Of a DNA stretch of 64,000 nt, positions 61,608 to 64,000 are shown one piece after another; within the stretch, counting starts at the first letter, position 1, and every line of letters starts with the position of its first letter. The notes beneath the pieces were generated by a model. The model was not told the DNA's origin. It saw nothing but the letters and a program-made list of their open reading frames with translations, and searched no databases. The position numbers and the translations under genes were made by a program. This DNA is from an uncultured Acidobacteriota bacterium (GTDB taxonomy: Bacteria > Acidobacteriota > UBA6911), in NCBI GenBank assembly GCA_963827655.1, contig CAWHCF010000038.1, positions 64,001-128,000 on the forward strand, given 5' to 3'.

Positions 61608-63407
61608 ATGCAGCAGCACAGACCGAAAATCAAGGCCGGAGGAGCGTCGCGAACGCCGGGAGTGTCACCGGTGCCGGCGATGTTTTCGCCGTCGCCGGGT
61701 CTTGCTTGTGCGGCTCTCGTGCTTGCGACCTTTCTTGCCTACGCCAATTCGATAGGCGGTGAATTCGTCTTTGACGACACTGTCATCATCCAGGGAAATA
61801 CAGCCATTCAAGGGTTGGACGGGGCCCACCTTAAAGAGATCTTCGGCGGGCATTACTGGAAGGCGGTAGAAAGGCAGGGTGGCCTGTACCGCCCTGTCGT
61901 CATGCTGACCTACGCTATCAATTATGCGGTGGACGGCGAAGATCCAGCGGGTTACCACCTTTTCAACGTGGTCCTGCACGCGCTCAACGGCATCCTGCTC
62001 TTCTTCCTGCTCGAGGAACTCTTCTCGCGGCGCCCTCTGTCGTTTTTGAGCGCGCTGCTCTTTATCCTGCACCCCATTCGCACCGAAGGAGTGGCATCTA
62101 TTGTAGGACGCGCGGAAAGCCTCTCAGCTTTCTTCATTCTGGCAGGTTGGTGGGCGTATGTTCGGCAGCGCAAAGAAGGCGGAGCCCGGTGGTTGGCGCT
62201 GTCATTAGTGTCGTTTCTCCTTGCTGTCCTTTGCAAAGAGAGCGCGTTCTCATTTATCGCCCTCCTCCCGCTTACCGATTTTTTGCTGGGCGGAGGCAAG
62301 ATTGGCGGATTGCGTCCGGCTCTGATCCGCTATGTCCCTTATGCCGCGCTCCTGGCGTTGACCCTCGCCCTTAGAGTGAAAATCCTGGGCGGCGTGATGC
62401 CTCTCTATATCAATCCTAGTTCGAATCCTCTGGTAAATGCCGGCGGCTGGTCCCGTTTCTTGACCGCGACCTGGGTTTTTGGACGCTACCTCTGGCTGCT
62501 GATTTTCCCGCTCCAGCTTTCGGCGGATTACTCATTCAATGCAATCCAGCCTGTGACCGGGCTTTTTTCGTGGCGTGCCCTGGTATCGCTGGCGGCCCTT
62601 GTCCTGCTTCTCCTCGGCACGGTGATTTCAGCGCGCCGGGCTCCGGTTTTCTTCTTCTGCGGCTTCGTTTTTTTCTCTTCTTTCGTCCTGACCTCAAACT
62701 GGTTGCGTCCGATCGGAACGATCATGGCGGAGCGGCTCCTCTATTTCCCGTCCCTGGGGTTTACCTGCGCCCTGGCGTTTCTCCTGTGCGAAGGCTTCGA
62801 ACGGACCCGATGGCGAACTCTCGCCCGGGTGGGTTCGCTGGTTCTCATCCTGGGGTACACCGTCAGGACCCTGGATCGCAATTTCGATTGGAAGGACCAC
62901 TACGCTCTTTTTGGCAGTGCGGTCCGAGCTTCGCCCAACAGTTCGCTGGCCCAGGCGAACTATGCCTCGATCTTGTTGAATGTGAAGAACGATGCGCGTG
63001 GGGCGATCGAGCACGCCCTCGAGGCCATCAGAATTTTGCCGGAAGATCCTGCGGCGCACTATACCCTGGGTGAAGCATATATGCGGGTCGGTGAGCGAGA
63101 GCGCGCGGCGGAAGCTTTCCAGGCAGTGGCGCAGCTGGCGCCGCGCACCTCGGGCGGGGTTTCGGCCCTGCGAAGGCTGGCGAGCATCCGGGAGGCGCAG
63201 GGTGATACGAGCGCCGCTATTTCGGATAACGAGAGACTTCTCGAGTGGCGGCCGGCGGATATTTCGTCATACCTGGCTCTGGGGCGCCTTTACGGGAAGG
63301 TGGGACGTTGGGATCGCGTGAAAGAGAGCCTGGAAAAGGCCAGGCAACTGGCGCCTCAAGACCCGGCCGTGATCCAGGCCTGGCAGAAATTCTCGCGCGG
63401 GCTGTGA
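61608..63407 (+). CDS. TMTC-like (DUF1736-type) GT-C glycosyltransferase with C-terminal TPRs
   Basis: FVFDD, LYRP, YHLFNVVLH, LHPIRTEGV..IVGRAE, LCKE, LSADYS, AERLLYFPS, then TPRs. Confidence 0.88.
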   Translation: MQQHRPKIKAGGASRTPGVSPVPAMFSPSPGLACAALVLATFLAYANSIGGEFVFDDTVIIQGNTAIQGLDGAHLKEIFGGHYWKAVERQGGLYRPVVMLTYAINYAVDGEDPAGYHLFNVVLHALNGILLFFLLEELFSRRPLSFLSALLFILHPIRTEGVASIVGRAESLSAFFILAGWWAYVRQRKEGGARWLALSLVSFLLAVLCKESAFSFIALLPLTDFLLGGGKIGGLRPALIRYVPYAALLALTLALRVKILGGVMPLYINPSSNPLVNAGGWSRFLTATWVFGRYLWLLIFPLQLSADYSFNAIQPVTGLFSWRALVSLAALVLLLLGTVISARRAPVFFFCGFVFFSSFVLTSNWLRPIGTIMAERLLYFPSLGFTCALAFLLCEGFERTRWRTLARVGSLVLILGYTVRTLDRNFDWKDHYALFGSAVRASPNSSLAQANYASILLNVKNDARGAIEHALEAIRILPEDPAAHYTLGEAYMRVGERERAAEAFQAVAQLAPRTSGGVSALRRLASIREAQGDTSAAISDNERLLEWRPADISSYLALGRLYGKVGRWDRVKESLEKARQLAPQDPAVIQAWQKFSRGL

Positions 63408-63409
63408 TT

Positions 63410-64000
63410 CTACTGGTGTAACTCCTTCCTCAACCGATCCACGGAGCGTCGTGTCTCAGCCAAGTCCTTCTGCCACTGTGTGTTGGTGGGGTCGTGTGCA
63501 GCTAGCCGCTCCGCGATGGCAAGGTCGTCCTCGAATTCGCGTAGTGCGTCCGCCAGCCGGCCCCAGGCTTCGTAGACCCGCCCGACGCAGTTGTGCGACA
63601 CCGACAGGTCGCGCTGCCAGCGTGTGTTGTCCGGGTCGCGCTGTGCGAGCCACATTATGATTTGCTTATAGGCCTCGAATTCATTCAGCGCCTCGGCCAG
63701 CCGGCCCTGAACTTCGTAAACGCGACCGACGCTGTAGTGCGACACCGACAGGATGCGCTGCCAATTTGCGTTGTCCGGGTCGCGCTGTGTGAGCCGCAGC
63801 ATGATCTGCTTGTAGGCCTGGAATTCGCTAAGCGCCTCGGGCAGGCGTCCCTGGGCCTTGTAAACGTTCCCCACGGAGTAGTGCGACATCGACAGGTAAC
63901 GCTGCCAGACGGTATTGTCGGGGTCGTGCTGGGTAAGCCGCAACATGATCTGCTTGTCGGCCTGGAATTCGCTAAGCGCCTCGGGCAGGCGTCCCTGCCT
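63410..64000 (-). CDS. C-terminus of a TPR-repeat protein with 48-aa (144-bp) tandem repeats; 5' end outside window
   Basis: Repeating DPDN..WQR.LS.SH..VG.VY.AQGRL.EAL.EF; similar DNA units at about 63623, 63767 and 63911. Confidence 0.85.
   Translation of the reverse strand, partial: RQGRLPEALSEFQADKQIMLRLTQHDPDNTVWQRYLSMSHYSVGNVYKAQGRLPEALSEFQAYKQIMLRLTQRDPDNANWQRILSVSHYSVGRVYEVQGRLAEALNEFEAYKQIIMWLAQRDPDNTRWQRDLSVSHNCVGRVYEAWGRLADALREFEDDLAIAERLAAHDPTNTQWQKDLAETRRSVDRLRKELHQ

Noticed and set aside
63410-64000. DGR template/variable repeat
   Set aside because: Repeats are in-frame tandem coding units, differences are not adenine-specific, and no reverse transcriptase is in the window.

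Overview
GC-rich bacterial DNA, most likely Acidobacteriota, judged from a TIGR03437-like C-terminal domain, a GWxTD protein, Oar-type TonB receptors, CRTAC1/ASPIC-UnbV proteins and a PPC-DUF1549/1553-DUF1501 cluster. About 45 genes; no rRNA, tRNA, CRISPR, integrase or transposase was seen. Left half: a DUF4956-PLD-OprO/P porin-purple acid phosphatase cluster, a rhodanese-CBS-cystathionine lyase operon, Uma2, a GT-C protein, a class A beta-lactamase-like protein, an MFS transporter, the DUF1549/DUF1501 cluster, an ACE-like M2 peptidase and a cfa plus GGR-type reductase pair. Right half: about 21 kb of envelope genes (3 CRTAC1, 2 TonB receptors, 2 TPR proteins, 2 PQQ dehydrogenases, GWxTD), a divergent pair of TMTC-like glycosyltransferases and a 48-aa TPR-repeat gene cut by the window end. 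At least 11 genes are frameshifted, most likely from sequencing indels. The most striking unexplained structure is non-coding. An ACC-headed family of ~8-bp-period arrays occupies about 24 intergenic loci, often as inverted pairs. One ~75-bp hairpin element sits inside these arrays between CTTAG repeats at two loci, and there are also nested REP-like clusters and a 222-bp MITE with a TAA target duplication. All family assignments come from motif recognition by eye, not database searches.
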